Shown here: positions 17,257 through 26,691 of the stretch, piece after piece | Position numbering within the stretch: the first letter of the stretch is position 1 | Layout: every line of letters starts with the position of its first letter | Source of the DNA: Cytophagaceae bacterium | GTDB lineage: Bacteria; Bacteroidota; Bacteroidia; Cytophagales; Spirosomataceae | Direction: 5' to 3' | Assembly: GCA_031414675.1 (NCBI GenBank) | Contig: JANNWE010000330.1 | Span: 1-44,079 of the forward strand | DNA: 44,079 nt | Program-made: the position numbers and the translations under genes | Notes under the pieces: generated by a model | Seen by the model: only the letters and a program-made list of their open reading frames with translations | The model's database searches: none | What the model was told of the DNA's origin: nothing

Positions 17257-18909
17257 TTATTTTCTAGCCAAAATTGACTTGTATTTATTCATATCAGAAA
17301 ACAATTTTAAGGCTTCCTGAATGTCTTCGTCTTTTTCAAAAGAAACAAACTTCATGGCTTTTTGATAATAATATCTACTTAATATTTCTAATTCTAATTG
17401 TTCTTTTATTTGTTTAACATTCGTTTTTACCAATTGTTCATATCCTAAATCTGCAATTTTTTTAACCTCTTCTAATTGATTTTTCATTTTAACATAATCG
17501 CCACTAAGTTTTGCACTTATAATTAAATTTTCAAGAGCAACTTGATTAGGAGTTTTATAATCAAAACTTTGTGCCCCTAGCCAATTTTCAAAATCTTGCA
17601 CATCTTTTGAAGTTAAAGAAAACTTTTCGGCAGGTTTATTTTCTAAATGGGTGAAATAGTATTTCGTAGCAAAGTCAAAAATTTTCTTTTTTGAAATCAA
17701 GGCTTTTGTAAATTCTGACAATTCGCTACTTTGCGTCTTTATATCTGGCTCTACCCCTCCTCCATCATAGACAGGTCTTCCATTTTTTGTTTTGAACAAA
17801 GCTCTTAATGAATCAGGTAATTTAGAAACGCTTCCATCAGTAAGCCTATTTGCATAATCAATGGCTTGGATACACCTCCCCGATGGAATATAATATTTCG
17901 AAGTAGTAATTTTCATTTTTGTACCATAACTTAAATCTCGAGTAACTTGAACTAAGCCTTTCCCAAAAGACCGTTGTCCAATTAAAACTGCTCTATCATA
18001 ATCTTGTAAAGTTCCGCTTACAATTTCCGAAGCAGATGCACTTCTTCCGTTTATTAATACCGCAATAGGTAAATCAGTATCCAGTGGAGCCGCCATTGTC
18101 AAATATTTTTTATTCCATTCTTTGACTTTCCCTTTTGTTTCCACCACAGTTAAACCTTTAGGAATAAAAAAATTACATATTTCTACAGACATATTTAACA
18201 AACCCCCAGGATTTCCTCTTAGATCAATAACCAACTTTTTCATGCCTTTTTCTTTCAATTCCAATGTGGCGGTTTTAATCTCTTTAGCGGCCGTAGCACT
18301 AAAATCAGTAAGTAAAATATATCCCACCTCATCATTAATCATTCCATAATGTGGTACGTTTGGCGTCTTTATAATATCTCTTCCTACTGAAATATCTAAA
18401 TTTTTAGTTTGTCCAAATCGCTTTACAACAAGTTTTACATTTGTGCCTGTTTGGCCTTTTAAAAGTCTCGAAAACTCTGAATCGTCTTTCTTTGTAACGT
18501 CAACCCCATTAATTTTTTGAATATCATCCCCAATCTTTATTCCCATTTTATCTGCTGGAGAGCCTTCATAAAGCATAACAACAATATGCTTACCTTCATA
18601 ATAATCAATACTGGCCCCAATTCCGTTATAAGTACCAGCATTTTGTGTAAAAACATCTTCAATTTCATCTTCATTCCAAAAAACCGTGTAGGGATCTAAG
18701 TTTTTCAACATAGCTTGAATACTGGCTTTAATGGCTTTATCGGGATTAACTTCGTCTACATAAAAGGCATTTAACTCCCTAAACATAGTAGAAAATACAT
18801 CTAAATTTTTTGTAATTTCAAATAGGCGATCGTCAATAGTATAACTGGTTAAAGCCACACTACAAATAATCGTTAAGCCAATAAAAAATGATTTTATCTT
18901 CCTCTTCAT
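17257..18909 (-). CDS. S41 carboxy-terminal processing protease (CtpA/Prc-like)
   Basis: LDPYT, PDZ-like GIG...GSPA, DLRGNPGG, SASASEIVSG.LQD, SFGKGLVQ. The stop abuts the tsaB ATG. Confidence 0.95.
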   Translation of the reverse strand: MKRKIKSFFIGLTIICSVALTSYTIDDRLFEITKNLDVFSTMFRELNAFYVDEVNPDKAIKASIQAMLKNLDPYTVFWNEDEIEDVFTQNAGTYNGIGASIDYYEGKHIVVMLYEGSPADKMGIKIGDDIQKINGVDVTKKDDSEFSRLLKGQTGTNVKLVVKRFGQTKNLDISVGRDIIKTPNVPHYGMINDEVGYILLTDFSATAAKEIKTATLELKEKGMKKLVIDLRGNPGGLLNMSVEICNFFIPKGLTVVETKGKVKEWNKKYLTMAAPLDTDLPIAVLINGRSASASEIVSGTLQDYDRAVLIGQRSFGKGLVQVTRDLSYGTKMKITTSKYYIPSGRCIQAIDYANRLTDGSVSKLPDSLRALFKTKNGRPVYDGGGVEPDIKTQSSELSEFTKALISKKKIFDFATKYYFTHLENKPAEKFSLTSKDVQDFENWLGAQSFDYKTPNQVALENLIISAKLSGDYVKMKNQLEEVKKIADLGYEQLVKTNVKQIKEQLELEILSRYYYQKAMKFVSFEKDEDIQEALKLFSDMNKYKSILARK

Positions 18910-18966
18910 TATTTTTTATACCTAATTATGTTTAAAAGAATTATTTATTTAGAATTAATTTTGAAC

Positions 18967-18974
18967 CAAATATA
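18967..18974 (-). promoter_or_regulatory. sigmaA -7 element for the S41-tsaB pair
   Basis: Minus-strand TATATTTG about 57 nt upstream of the ATG. Confidence 0.5.
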
Positions 18975-19057
18975 ATAGATTAACGAACAAGATTATTAGA
19001 TTTATACTTAAACTCAAATTAATCTAGAACTAAATTCTATTTACACCAAAAATAATA

Positions 19058-19381
19058 ATGCCAAAAATAAATTTTGTTCATAAAGTGTTAATATGCCTTT
19101 TTCTCTCATTTCTTCAAGTTTTTGCAATTTTTTCAACTCAAATAATATACATTCCCGTTTTATTTACTGTGTTATTTTCATTCTTCTATGGAATTTTGGA
19201 CCAAAAAAAAGGTTGGATTTTGTCAATAATACAAACTATTATTATTATTGGTATGTATTGGTTAAATATTTCACTAAATATAAAAGCAGCTAATCCAGAC
19301 ATGGCAATATTTGCCACTCATATAGCTATATTCCCTTCTTTTGTAGCGGCATTTTTAGGAAGTTTTATTAAAAGACTTTAG
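19058..19381 (+). CDS. Small hypothetical membrane protein
   Basis: 107 aa, about 4 hydrophobic segments, A-rich region before the ATG. The 3' end overlaps rnpA by 27 nt. Confidence 0.6.
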   Translation: MPKINFVHKVLICLFLSFLQVFAIFSTQIIYIPVLFTVLFSFFYGILDQKKGWILSIIQTIIIIGMYWLNISLNIKAANPDMAIFATHIAIFPSFVAAFLGSFIKRL

Positions 19382-19744
19382 TCTTGAAAGACTGCGAATC
19401 ATAGCTTTTTCTATTTTAGAATATTCTTCTATGTAGGGAGCAACATAAATAAATGCGGCCATAGTCTGCTTATTAACCTCTATTTTATTTAATCGATACG
19501 CTTCTCGCATCCTTCTCTTTATTAAATTTCTATCCACTGCTTTTTTGAATTTTTTACTCGAAACAGAGACCATGACTTGTGGCCATATATCTAAAATTGG
19601 TGCATCTTCAGCTATTGAAAAAATAGTTTTAATAGGAAAAACAAGAAAAGACATATTCTCCTCCGATTTTCTATCAAAAAGAGAATCAATCAAAAGCTTA
19701 CTTTTGATCCTTTCTAGTTTACTAAAAGATTGCTGCTTCTGCAT
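19355..19744 (-). CDS. rnpA: Ribonuclease P protein component
   Basis: F.K.ERIKS..LI..LF, SVSSKKFKKAVDRNLIKRRMREAYRLNK (RNR motif). Lies downstream of rpmH. Confidence 0.95.
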   Translation of the reverse strand: MQKQQSFSKLERIKSKLLIDSLFDRKSEENMSFLVFPIKTIFSIAEDAPILDIWPQVMVSVSSKKFKKAVDRNLIKRRMREAYRLNKIEVNKQTMAAFIYVAPYIEEYSKIEKAMIRSLSRLKSFNKTS

Positions 19745-19748
19745 TTAA

Positions 19749-19756
19749 CAAATTTA
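19749..19756 (-). promoter_or_regulatory. sigmaA -7 element directly before rnpA
   Basis: The minus strand reads TAAATTTG-TTAA-ATG. Confidence 0.55.
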
Positions 19757-19825
19757 AAGGCAATAAAAATAGATTTAAATATATCAAATAATGATAGAAA
19801 TGCAATGTGATGGGAGCTTAAAATG

Positions 19826-19854
19826 AAAAAAGCCGCATTAATTGCGGCTTTTTT
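19826..19854 (-). terminator. Intrinsic terminator after rpmH
   Basis: AAAAAAGCCGCA-TTAAT-TGCGGCTTTTTT, a GC-rich stem with A/T flanks. Confidence 0.85.
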
Positions 19855-19893
19855 ATATGCTAGTATAAAAGCTTTTAATGAATATCAAAATTC

Positions 19894-20049
19894 TTACTTA
19901 TGAGTTTTCTCATCAGAAACCGTCAATTTCCATCTTCCTCTGGAACGACGTGCTTTCAATACCCTGCGGCCCCCTGGAGTTGAGCTACGCTCGCGAAATC
20001 CATGTTTATTTGCACGCTTTCTATTTGATGGCTGGAATGTACGTTTCAT
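19894..20049 (-). CDS. rpmH: 50S ribosomal protein L34 (not in ORF track)
   Basis: Hand translation gives [51 protein letters not shown], 51 aa. Confidence 0.98.
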   Translation of the reverse strand: MKRTFQPSNRKRANKHGFRERSSTPGGRRVLKARRSRGRWKLTVSDEKTHK

Positions 20050-20091
20050 ATCTTTTTATGTTAAATTTGTCCTCGATTCGAAATAGGAGTG

Positions 20092-20099
20092 CAAAAGTA
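20092..20099 (-). promoter_or_regulatory. sigmaA -7 element for rpmH
   Basis: Minus-strand TACTTTTG 42 nt upstream of the ATG. Confidence 0.6.
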
Positions 20100-20136
20100 A
20101 ATAATTTATTTGACATTAAAAAAACTTTCAAAAAAA

Positions 20137-21552
20137 ATGATACAATATTTTTTTTCTTTTGATTCAGAAAATCATTTAACCTTTCTTACATTAAAAATAG
20201 ATGCTAATAGTAAATCTACAGTTAATCTAGTTTTGCCCTTGTGGAGACCAGGTAGATATCAGTTCCAAAATTTTTCCAAAAATGTGTTAAATTTTTCAGC
20301 AAAAAATCAATTTCAACAGAAATTAAATTGGCACAAAACGAAAAAAAATATATGGACAATTTCAAAAGACCCATCCGATCAATTAATTATTAATTATAGT
20401 TATTATTCCAATGAGTTAAATGCTGGGAGTTGTTTTGTGAATGAAAGAATAAAGTTAATAAATCCTTCAAATTTATGTATGTATTTAATTAAAAATCAAG
20501 AATATACGTGTGAAGTTTTTATTGAAAATCCTGCTTCTGAAACCGTAGCTTGTGCAAAAAAAATAGAAAAAAGATTATTGTATCATTATTTTAAAGCGAA
20601 TACAATTCATGAACTCTTCGATACCCCGTTTGTTATTAGCCAATCCTTAAGCCATTCGACTTTCGAAATAAAAAACACGAAATTTAATTTGTGGATTGAT
20701 GGTATTTTTGAAATAGAATTAACTAGACTTTTAAAAGATTTGCAAACACTTTGTGCTTTTCAAATAAATTTGTTTGGAAAATTTCCAGAAAAAAATTATC
20801 ACTTTTACCTCTTGATTCCAAGTAATTCCTATTATCATGGAGTAGAACATGCTGATTCTACCGTAATGGTGTTAGGAGAGAAAGGAATCTTAGGAGAAAA
20901 TTATTATTATGACCTCTTAGGTCTAGTTTCGCATGAACTCTTTCATGCGTGGAATATTGCCAAAATTCGGCCAATGGAGCTTCTACCTTATGATTATAAT
21001 ACAGAAAATTATTTTGAAACTTGTTTTGTGGCGGAAGGATTTACAACTTATTATGGAGACAAAATTTTATACGACTCTGGTATAATTTCAAAAAATCAAT
21101 ATTTACATGAATTAGAAACCGTTTTTAGGAGACATTTCGAAAATTCTGACCAAGCATCTCAATCACTACTAGAATCATCTTTCGATCTTTGGGTAGACGG
21201 CTATGATAAAAGTATTCCCAAAAAAACCGTATCTGTTTATCATAAAGGAGCCATTGCGGCTCTGATTTTAGACTTGAAAATAAGAAAGAAATTTAATGAA
21301 AAAAAATCCTTAGACAACGTTCTATTAATATTATGGCAAAAATATGGAAACAAGAAAAAAGGTTATTCTTACTCTTCTATCATTGATATTTGTGAAAATG
21401 TTTACGAAGAGCCCTTAACCGAGTATTTTGATTTAGTAATTTCTTCCAATTTGCCCATATTAGCTTATACAAATCAACACCTAAAGTATTTGGATTTAGA
21501 AATTTGTATAGACAGCAATCATCATATTGTTTTAAAATCTAAAATGAATTAA
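20137..21552 (+). CDS. M61 family (glycyl aminopeptidase-like) metallopeptidase
   Basis: LPLWRPGRY, GVEH..S, SHELFHAWN...IRP, AEGFTTYY, SVYHKG. ATG at 20137. Confidence 0.9.
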   Translation: MIQYFFSFDSENHLTFLTLKIDANSKSTVNLVLPLWRPGRYQFQNFSKNVLNFSAKNQFQQKLNWHKTKKNIWTISKDPSDQLIINYSYYSNELNAGSCFVNERIKLINPSNLCMYLIKNQEYTCEVFIENPASETVACAKKIEKRLLYHYFKANTIHELFDTPFVISQSLSHSTFEIKNTKFNLWIDGIFEIELTRLLKDLQTLCAFQINLFGKFPEKNYHFYLLIPSNSYYHGVEHADSTVMVLGEKGILGENYYYDLLGLVSHELFHAWNIAKIRPMELLPYDYNTENYFETCFVAEGFTTYYGDKILYDSGIISKNQYLHELETVFRRHFENSDQASQSLLESSFDLWVDGYDKSIPKKTVSVYHKGAIAALILDLKIRKKFNEKKSLDNVLLILWQKYGNKKKGYSYSSIIDICENVYEEPLTEYFDLVISSNLPILAYTNQHLKYLDLEICIDSNHHIVLKSKMN

Positions 21553-21721
21553 ATACGTATTTGAAATTGGTAATCTATTTTTCTTTAAATAAAAAGAGTT
21601 ACTTCTAAATTTCGATGAAATTCAAAAAAATTAACCATAAAGTCCTTCAATAATAGCCTAATTTAAACAAATAGCTATCAATTTGTTTTAAATACTTGAT
21701 TATTAATAGATTTTTTTTTAG

Positions 21722-21729
21722 TATCTTTG
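21722..21729 (+). promoter_or_regulatory. sigmaA -7 element
   Basis: TATCTTTG with TTG at 21696-21698, upstream of the ATG at 21782. Confidence 0.65.
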
Positions 21730-21781
21730 CACCCGAAACAAATACTGTTTCAAATTTCGCTAAATTTTATTAAATTAAGGC

Positions 21782-22591
21782 ATGAGTAAATTACGAATTT
21801 TATATATTTCAAGTGAAATCGACCCATTTTTGGAAATTTCTGAAATTTCTTCCCTTCTTAGAAAACTTCCTCAAGAAATGCAAGAGCGAGGGATGGAAAT
21901 TAGAATACTCGTGCCGAGATTTGGACTTATCAATGAAAGAAAGCATCGTTTACATGAAGTTGTAAGATTATCTGGAATTAATATCACAATTGGTGAGGAG
22001 GAAAAGCCCTTAATTATTAAAGTTGCTTCAATTCCTTCTGCTAAACTTCAAGTATATTTTTTAGATAATGAAGATTATTTTCAAAGAAAAACGGTATTCA
22101 ATGACAAAAACGGTAATTTTTATGATGATAATGACGAACGTGCAATTTTCTTTTGCAAAGGAGCGTTAGAAACTGTAAAAAAGTTAGGGTGGTCGCCAGA
22201 TGTGGTGCATTGTACGGACTGGATGACCGCTTTAATTCCACTTTATTTAAAAACTACTTACAAAAACGATCCAATTTTCAAAAACACTAAAACTATTTTC
22301 TCAGTTTATAACAATGTTTTTGAACACAAGTTTGCCGACGATATGTTGCCTAAAGTTAAGATGTTAGATATTAGTGATGAGAATTTAGCAAATTTAAGAT
22401 CAGCAGACTTTATGGGTTTCATAAAAATTGGTTGTGAGTATTCAGACGTAATTGTAAAAGCTAATAGAACATTAAACGAAACCATTAAAGAGGCTTTGTT
22501 AGAAACAACAGATAAACAAATTGAATCTTATATTGATGACGAAAACGCGACTGAAACCTTCTTTAACCTTTATACCGAGCTGGCAGTTTAA
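21782..22591 (+). CDS. Glycogen/starch synthase N-terminal-domain-only protein (Glyco_transf_5-like)
   Basis: RILYISSEIDPF, IRILVPRFG, VYFLDNEDYF.R, DNDER..FF, PDVVHC.DW.TALIP. Only 269 aa. Confidence 0.85.
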   Translation: MSKLRILYISSEIDPFLEISEISSLLRKLPQEMQERGMEIRILVPRFGLINERKHRLHEVVRLSGINITIGEEEKPLIIKVASIPSAKLQVYFLDNEDYFQRKTVFNDKNGNFYDDNDERAIFFCKGALETVKKLGWSPDVVHCTDWMTALIPLYLKTTYKNDPIFKNTKTIFSVYNNVFEHKFADDMLPKVKMLDISDENLANLRSADFMGFIKIGCEYSDVIVKANRTLNETIKEALLETTDKQIESYIDDENATETFFNLYTELAV

Positions 22592-22598
22592 TAGTAGT

Positions 22599-23942
22599 AT
22601 GAATAAAGTTTTTTTAAATGTACAGAAATTGAGCTTTATGCTAATTTCTGTATTTTTTTTAGCATGTGAAAATCCAACAGAAATTGGATACGATTTTCAA
22701 GGAATTGACCGTGCTGCAGCAAGTTATACCGACACTTTAAGTCTTGTTACTTCCACAGTATTGTCAGATTCAAATGTTAATGGAAGATCATCTTATATTT
22801 TAACAGGAAACTTAAATGATCCTATTTTTGGAAGTATTAAGGCAACTGCTTTCTTTCAACCTACCCTATTAAAAGCCTCTTTTGGAGATTCATCAGTTCC
22901 ATTTACATTTTTGCCAAACGCAATTGCCGATTCAGTTAGATTCAGAATGATAAACACAGGATTAATAACTGGAGATACTTTGTCAAAAGCAACTTTTGGA
23001 ATTCATAGACTCAAAACTGCAATGAATTATTCAAAAAACTATAATGGAGAAGAAGGCATTGATTTTGAAGCAACCCCTCTAACTAAATTCACTATTAATT
23101 CTGCAACTTTTAAAAACAAAACTTTTGATACTACTTTGGCATATTATGTAACACTTCCAATAAGTGTTGCTAAAGAAATGTTAAATTTAACTGCAGCAGA
23201 ACGAAAAACTAATGCTGCATTTGTAAATGCTTTTAAAGGATTTGCCATTGTGCCTGAAAACAATGCAAAGGCTGTTTATGGATTTAATACTGGTGAATTT
23301 GCTTCTACAACTAGTACTTTTAGTGTCTATTATCATAATGCAAATGAAACAAATGTTTTGGTTTACAATTTCGACTTAAATGGACCACGTCATTCCCAAA
23401 TTTTGGCGAATAGAACTGGGACTCCATTAGCTAAATTAACCAAAAATGCTAATGAACTTAATTCTACAGCTTCTAATGGCAAAACTTATATTCAATCAAG
23501 TACAGGAATTGGGACTAAAATAGATTTTGGGAATATAAACAAATTAGGAACTAATATTAGAATTAGTAGAGCAACCATAGAATTTATTATTGATAAAACC
23601 TCTATTTCAAAACAGATCCCAAAGATATTTTTTTATATAGTGGGTGAACTAGATATAAAAAACCAACAAGTTAGGGATTCAAATAAAAGGCTCTCTTATC
23701 TAACCCCAATTGGCACTGATTTATCAGGGAATTTGGGCACTTATATTGACTCAACTAATACGCTAACCATAGATGTAACAAATTATTTGCAAAAAATTAC
23801 AAATAAAAGGCAAACTCCAGGCTCTTTACTATTAATGCCTGCTAACCTAACAAGCGATGGAAACGGTATTTTGCAAAATGACCAAATTCGACGCACTGTT
23901 TTTCTAAAACCAAAGCTAAAAATATTTTATACAAAATTTTAA
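22599..23942 (+). CDS. DUF4270-like outer-membrane lipoprotein
   Basis: ATG at 22599, lipobox FLAC, G.LNDPIFG, beta-rich body, terminal PKLKIFYT. Located between the GlgA-like gene and glmS. Confidence 0.75.
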   Translation: MNKVFLNVQKLSFMLISVFFLACENPTEIGYDFQGIDRAAASYTDTLSLVTSTVLSDSNVNGRSSYILTGNLNDPIFGSIKATAFFQPTLLKASFGDSSVPFTFLPNAIADSVRFRMINTGLITGDTLSKATFGIHRLKTAMNYSKNYNGEEGIDFEATPLTKFTINSATFKNKTFDTTLAYYVTLPISVAKEMLNLTAAERKTNAAFVNAFKGFAIVPENNAKAVYGFNTGEFASTTSTFSVYYHNANETNVLVYNFDLNGPRHSQILANRTGTPLAKLTKNANELNSTASNGKTYIQSSTGIGTKIDFGNINKLGTNIRISRATIEFIIDKTSISKQIPKIFFYIVGELDIKNQQVRDSNKRLSYLTPIGTDLSGNLGTYIDSTNTLTIDVTNYLQKITNKRQTPGSLLLMPANLTSDGNGILQNDQIRRTVFLKPKLKIFYTKF

Positions 23943-23957
23943 TTCCATACCAATTCT

Positions 23958-23986
23958 AAAAGCCTGAGCATGCTCAGGCTTTTTTT
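23958..23986 (+). terminator. Intrinsic terminator (perfect 26-bp palindrome)
   Basis: AAAAGCCTGAGCATGCTCAGGCTTTT followed by further Ts. Confidence 0.85.
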
Positions 23987-24103
23987 ATTTACTTTATAGA
24001 ATATATTAAAATTATTTAAAATTTCAAATCGCTTTTTTATAATAATATTCCATTATTTTTGTTAGAAAGTTTTAAATAACATTGTATTTTTCCAAGAAAT
24101 AAT

Positions 24104-25939
24104 ATGTGTGGAATTGTTGCTTACGTTGGTTATAGGGATGCGGCCCCATTAATCTTAAAAGGACTTAAAAGGTTAGAATATAGAGGTTATGATAGCTCCG
24201 GAATTGCTCTAATAAATGGTAGTCTAAATATTTATAAGAAAAAAGGCAAAGTTATTGACTTAGAAGCGGTTTTACCAAAAACAGAGCTCCATGCTACTAT
24301 AGGAATTGGTCATACTAGATGGGCTACACACGGTGAGCCCAATGATACAAATGCTCACCCACATTTATCAAATGGAGGCAAATTGGCCATTATTCATAAC
24401 GGAATTATTGAAAACTATGCAACTATTAAACAAAGTTTAATCAATAAAGGCTATGTTTTCCATAGTCAAACAGATACTGAAGTTTTAATAAATTTTATTG
24501 AAGAAATCAAAAAAACTAAAAATTGCGATACACCAGAAGCCGTAAGAATTGCATTGAAAGAAGTAGTTGGGGCTTACGCAATAGTTGTTTTAGATTCTGA
24601 TAATCCAGGCCAATTAGTGGCCGCAAGGAAAGGAAGCCCATTAGTAATTGGGATAGGAGAAAATGAATTTTTCTTTGCTTCAGATGCTACTCCAATAATT
24701 GAGTATACTAAAGAAGTGGTTTATCTTGATGACCTGGAAATAGCTATTGTAACTACGGAAGGATTGATCATCAAAAATTTGCAAAACGAAGAGCAAGATC
24801 CATATATTCAAACTGTGGAATTAGAACTCGAGGCAATAGAAAAAGGTGGCTATGATCATTTTATGCTGAAAGAGATATTTGAGCAGCCAAAATCTATAGC
24901 TGACTGTATGCGTGGAAGGATAAACGCAGAAGAAGCTATAATACAACTTGGTGGAATGCGAGAACATTTATCGAAGCTTGCTAAAGCGAAAAGAATTGTT
25001 TTCGTAGCTTGTGGAACCTCTTGGCATGCAGGCTTAGTTGGAGAATACTTGTTTGAAGAATTAGCTAGAATAAATGTGGAAGTGGAATATGCTTCAGAAT
25101 TTCGATATAGAAATCCAATTATTAAAGAAGGGGACTTTGTGATTGCTATTTCTCAATCAGGTGAAACTGCAGATACATTAGCAGCATTAGAAATGGCGAA
25201 ATCAAAAGGTGCCATAATTCTTGGCATATGCAATGTTGTTGGTTCATCAATTTCCAGAATTACTGATGGGGGAATTTATACGCATGCGGGTCCAGAAATT
25301 GGAGTTGCAAGTACAAAAGCGTTTACTGCACAAGTTTCCGTTTTAACTATGCTGGCTATTGCAACTGCCCAAGCAAAAGGAACCATTACTGATCAAACGT
25401 ATAGGAGGCTTTTATTAGAAATGGCGGCAATACCTCTAAAAGTAGCACAAATTCTTAAAAAAGCTGAAGAAATTAAAGATATGGCCAAACTATTTACTTT
25501 TGCACAAAATTTTATTTTTTTAGGAAGGGGACTAAATTTTCCCGTTGCTCTAGAAGGCGCCTTAAAGTTAAAAGAAATTTCATATATACACGCTGAAGGC
25601 TATCCGGCTGCTGAAATGAAACACGGACCAATTGCTTTAATAGATGAAGATATGCCGGTAGTTTTTATAGCAACAAAAGATAGCTCTTATGAGAAAGTAG
25701 TTTCAAATATTCAAGAAGTTAAAGCGAGAAAAGGTAGAGTTATTGCTATTGTAACACAGGGGGACGAGCAAGTAAAAAATATGGTTGATTTTGTAATTGA
25801 AATTCCGAATACGCATGAAGTTCTTCAGCCTTTACTTACCGTAATTCCTTTACAACTAATTTCCTATTATATTGCTGTGTTGAGGGGCAGAAATGTTGAT
25901 CAACCTCGAAACCTTGCTAAATCTGTCACTGTAGAATAA
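24104..25939 (+). CDS. glmS: Glutamine--fructose-6-phosphate aminotransferase
   Basis: MCGIV, LEYRGYDS, GHTRWATHG, ISQSGETADT, PRNLAKSVTVE. Confidence 0.98.
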   Translation: MCGIVAYVGYRDAAPLILKGLKRLEYRGYDSSGIALINGSLNIYKKKGKVIDLEAVLPKTELHATIGIGHTRWATHGEPNDTNAHPHLSNGGKLAIIHNGIIENYATIKQSLINKGYVFHSQTDTEVLINFIEEIKKTKNCDTPEAVRIALKEVVGAYAIVVLDSDNPGQLVAARKGSPLVIGIGENEFFFASDATPIIEYTKEVVYLDDLEIAIVTTEGLIIKNLQNEEQDPYIQTVELELEAIEKGGYDHFMLKEIFEQPKSIADCMRGRINAEEAIIQLGGMREHLSKLAKAKRIVFVACGTSWHAGLVGEYLFEELARINVEVEYASEFRYRNPIIKEGDFVIAISQSGETADTLAALEMAKSKGAIILGICNVVGSSISRITDGGIYTHAGPEIGVASTKAFTAQVSVLTMLAIATAQAKGTITDQTYRRLLLEMAAIPLKVAQILKKAEEIKDMAKLFTFAQNFIFLGRGLNFPVALEGALKLKEISYIHAEGYPAAEMKHGPIALIDEDMPVVFIATKDSSYEKVVSNIQEVKARKGRVIAIVTQGDEQVKNMVDFVIEIPNTHEVLQPLLTVIPLQLISYYIAVLRGRNVDQPRNLAKSVTVE

Positions 25940-25944
25940 AACAT

Positions 25945-25976
25945 AAATGGCAGCAAAAATATTTTTGTTGCCATTT
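25945..25976. terminator. Hairpin between convergent glmS and M23 genes
   Basis: AAATGGCAGCAAAAAT/ATTTTTGTTGCCATTT near-palindrome with one G-U pair. Confidence 0.65.
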
Positions 25977-25992
25977 CCTTAAATAAAAAGTT

Positions 25993-26604
25993 CTAAAATT
26001 CTTTTTGGAAATTCATAAAAATAAAATCAAAGGGATCTAAAAATACTTCATTTTTTTTTAAAGTGTAATGTAAATGTGGTCCAGTCACTTTACCTGAAGA
26101 TCCAACTTTTCCTATCACCTGATTTTTTACAACTGTTTGCCCAACTTTAACTTTAATTGCACTCAAATGACCATATATTGACTCAAAACCATATTTATGC
26201 TGAATTTTAATAAAATTCCCTAAATCTGATTTATATCCAGAAGAGATTATTTTTCCATTTCCACTAGCTATAACTTTCTCCCCTTTTATACCTTTTAAAT
26301 CTATTCCTCTATGAAACTTTACTATCCCATGCACTGGATGTTTTCTTGTTCCATAAAATGAATTTACAGAAATCTCTCTTAGTAGAGGGTTTCCCGCAGG
26401 TATATTACTAATAAAATAAGTTTTAAAAGGATCGTTGTGAATATATCTAACTAATTCTTCCATGTTGGATACCGGTGAAAGTTCTGCTTCCCAATAATCC
26501 TCAATTACTAATCGCTCTTCGAAATTAGGTAATGCTTCCGGTAAAGAATATTGACCAAAAGAATGAATAATAGCAGATAAAAAAAAGATAAAAATTTTAT
26601 ACAC
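25993..26604 (-). CDS. M23 family metallopeptidase
   Basis: HRGID (HxxxD), YGHLS, GPHLHY (HxH). Signal-like N-terminus, GTG start, minus-strand TATTTTTG at 26631-26638. Confidence 0.9.
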   Translation of the reverse strand: MYKIFIFFLSAIIHSFGQYSLPEALPNFEERLVIEDYWEAELSPVSNMEELVRYIHNDPFKTYFISNIPAGNPLLREISVNSFYGTRKHPVHGIVKFHRGIDLKGIKGEKVIASGNGKIISSGYKSDLGNFIKIQHKYGFESIYGHLSAIKVKVGQTVVKNQVIGKVGSSGKVTGPHLHYTLKKNEVFLDPFDFIFMNFQKEF

Positions 26605-26691
26605 GAATATTTATTAATTAAAAAATCACACAAAAATACACATAATAAAAAATATTACTTAAATTTTCGAAGAAAACACCATTTTGATTAA

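Noticed and set aside
19878-20162. 94-aa + strand ORF
   Set aside because: Antisense shadow of rpmH and its promoter. No recognisable motifs.
23987-24103. Possible glmS ribozyme
   Set aside because: The region is short, very AT-rich and lacks the ribozyme core. The nearby hairpin is the upstream gene's terminator.
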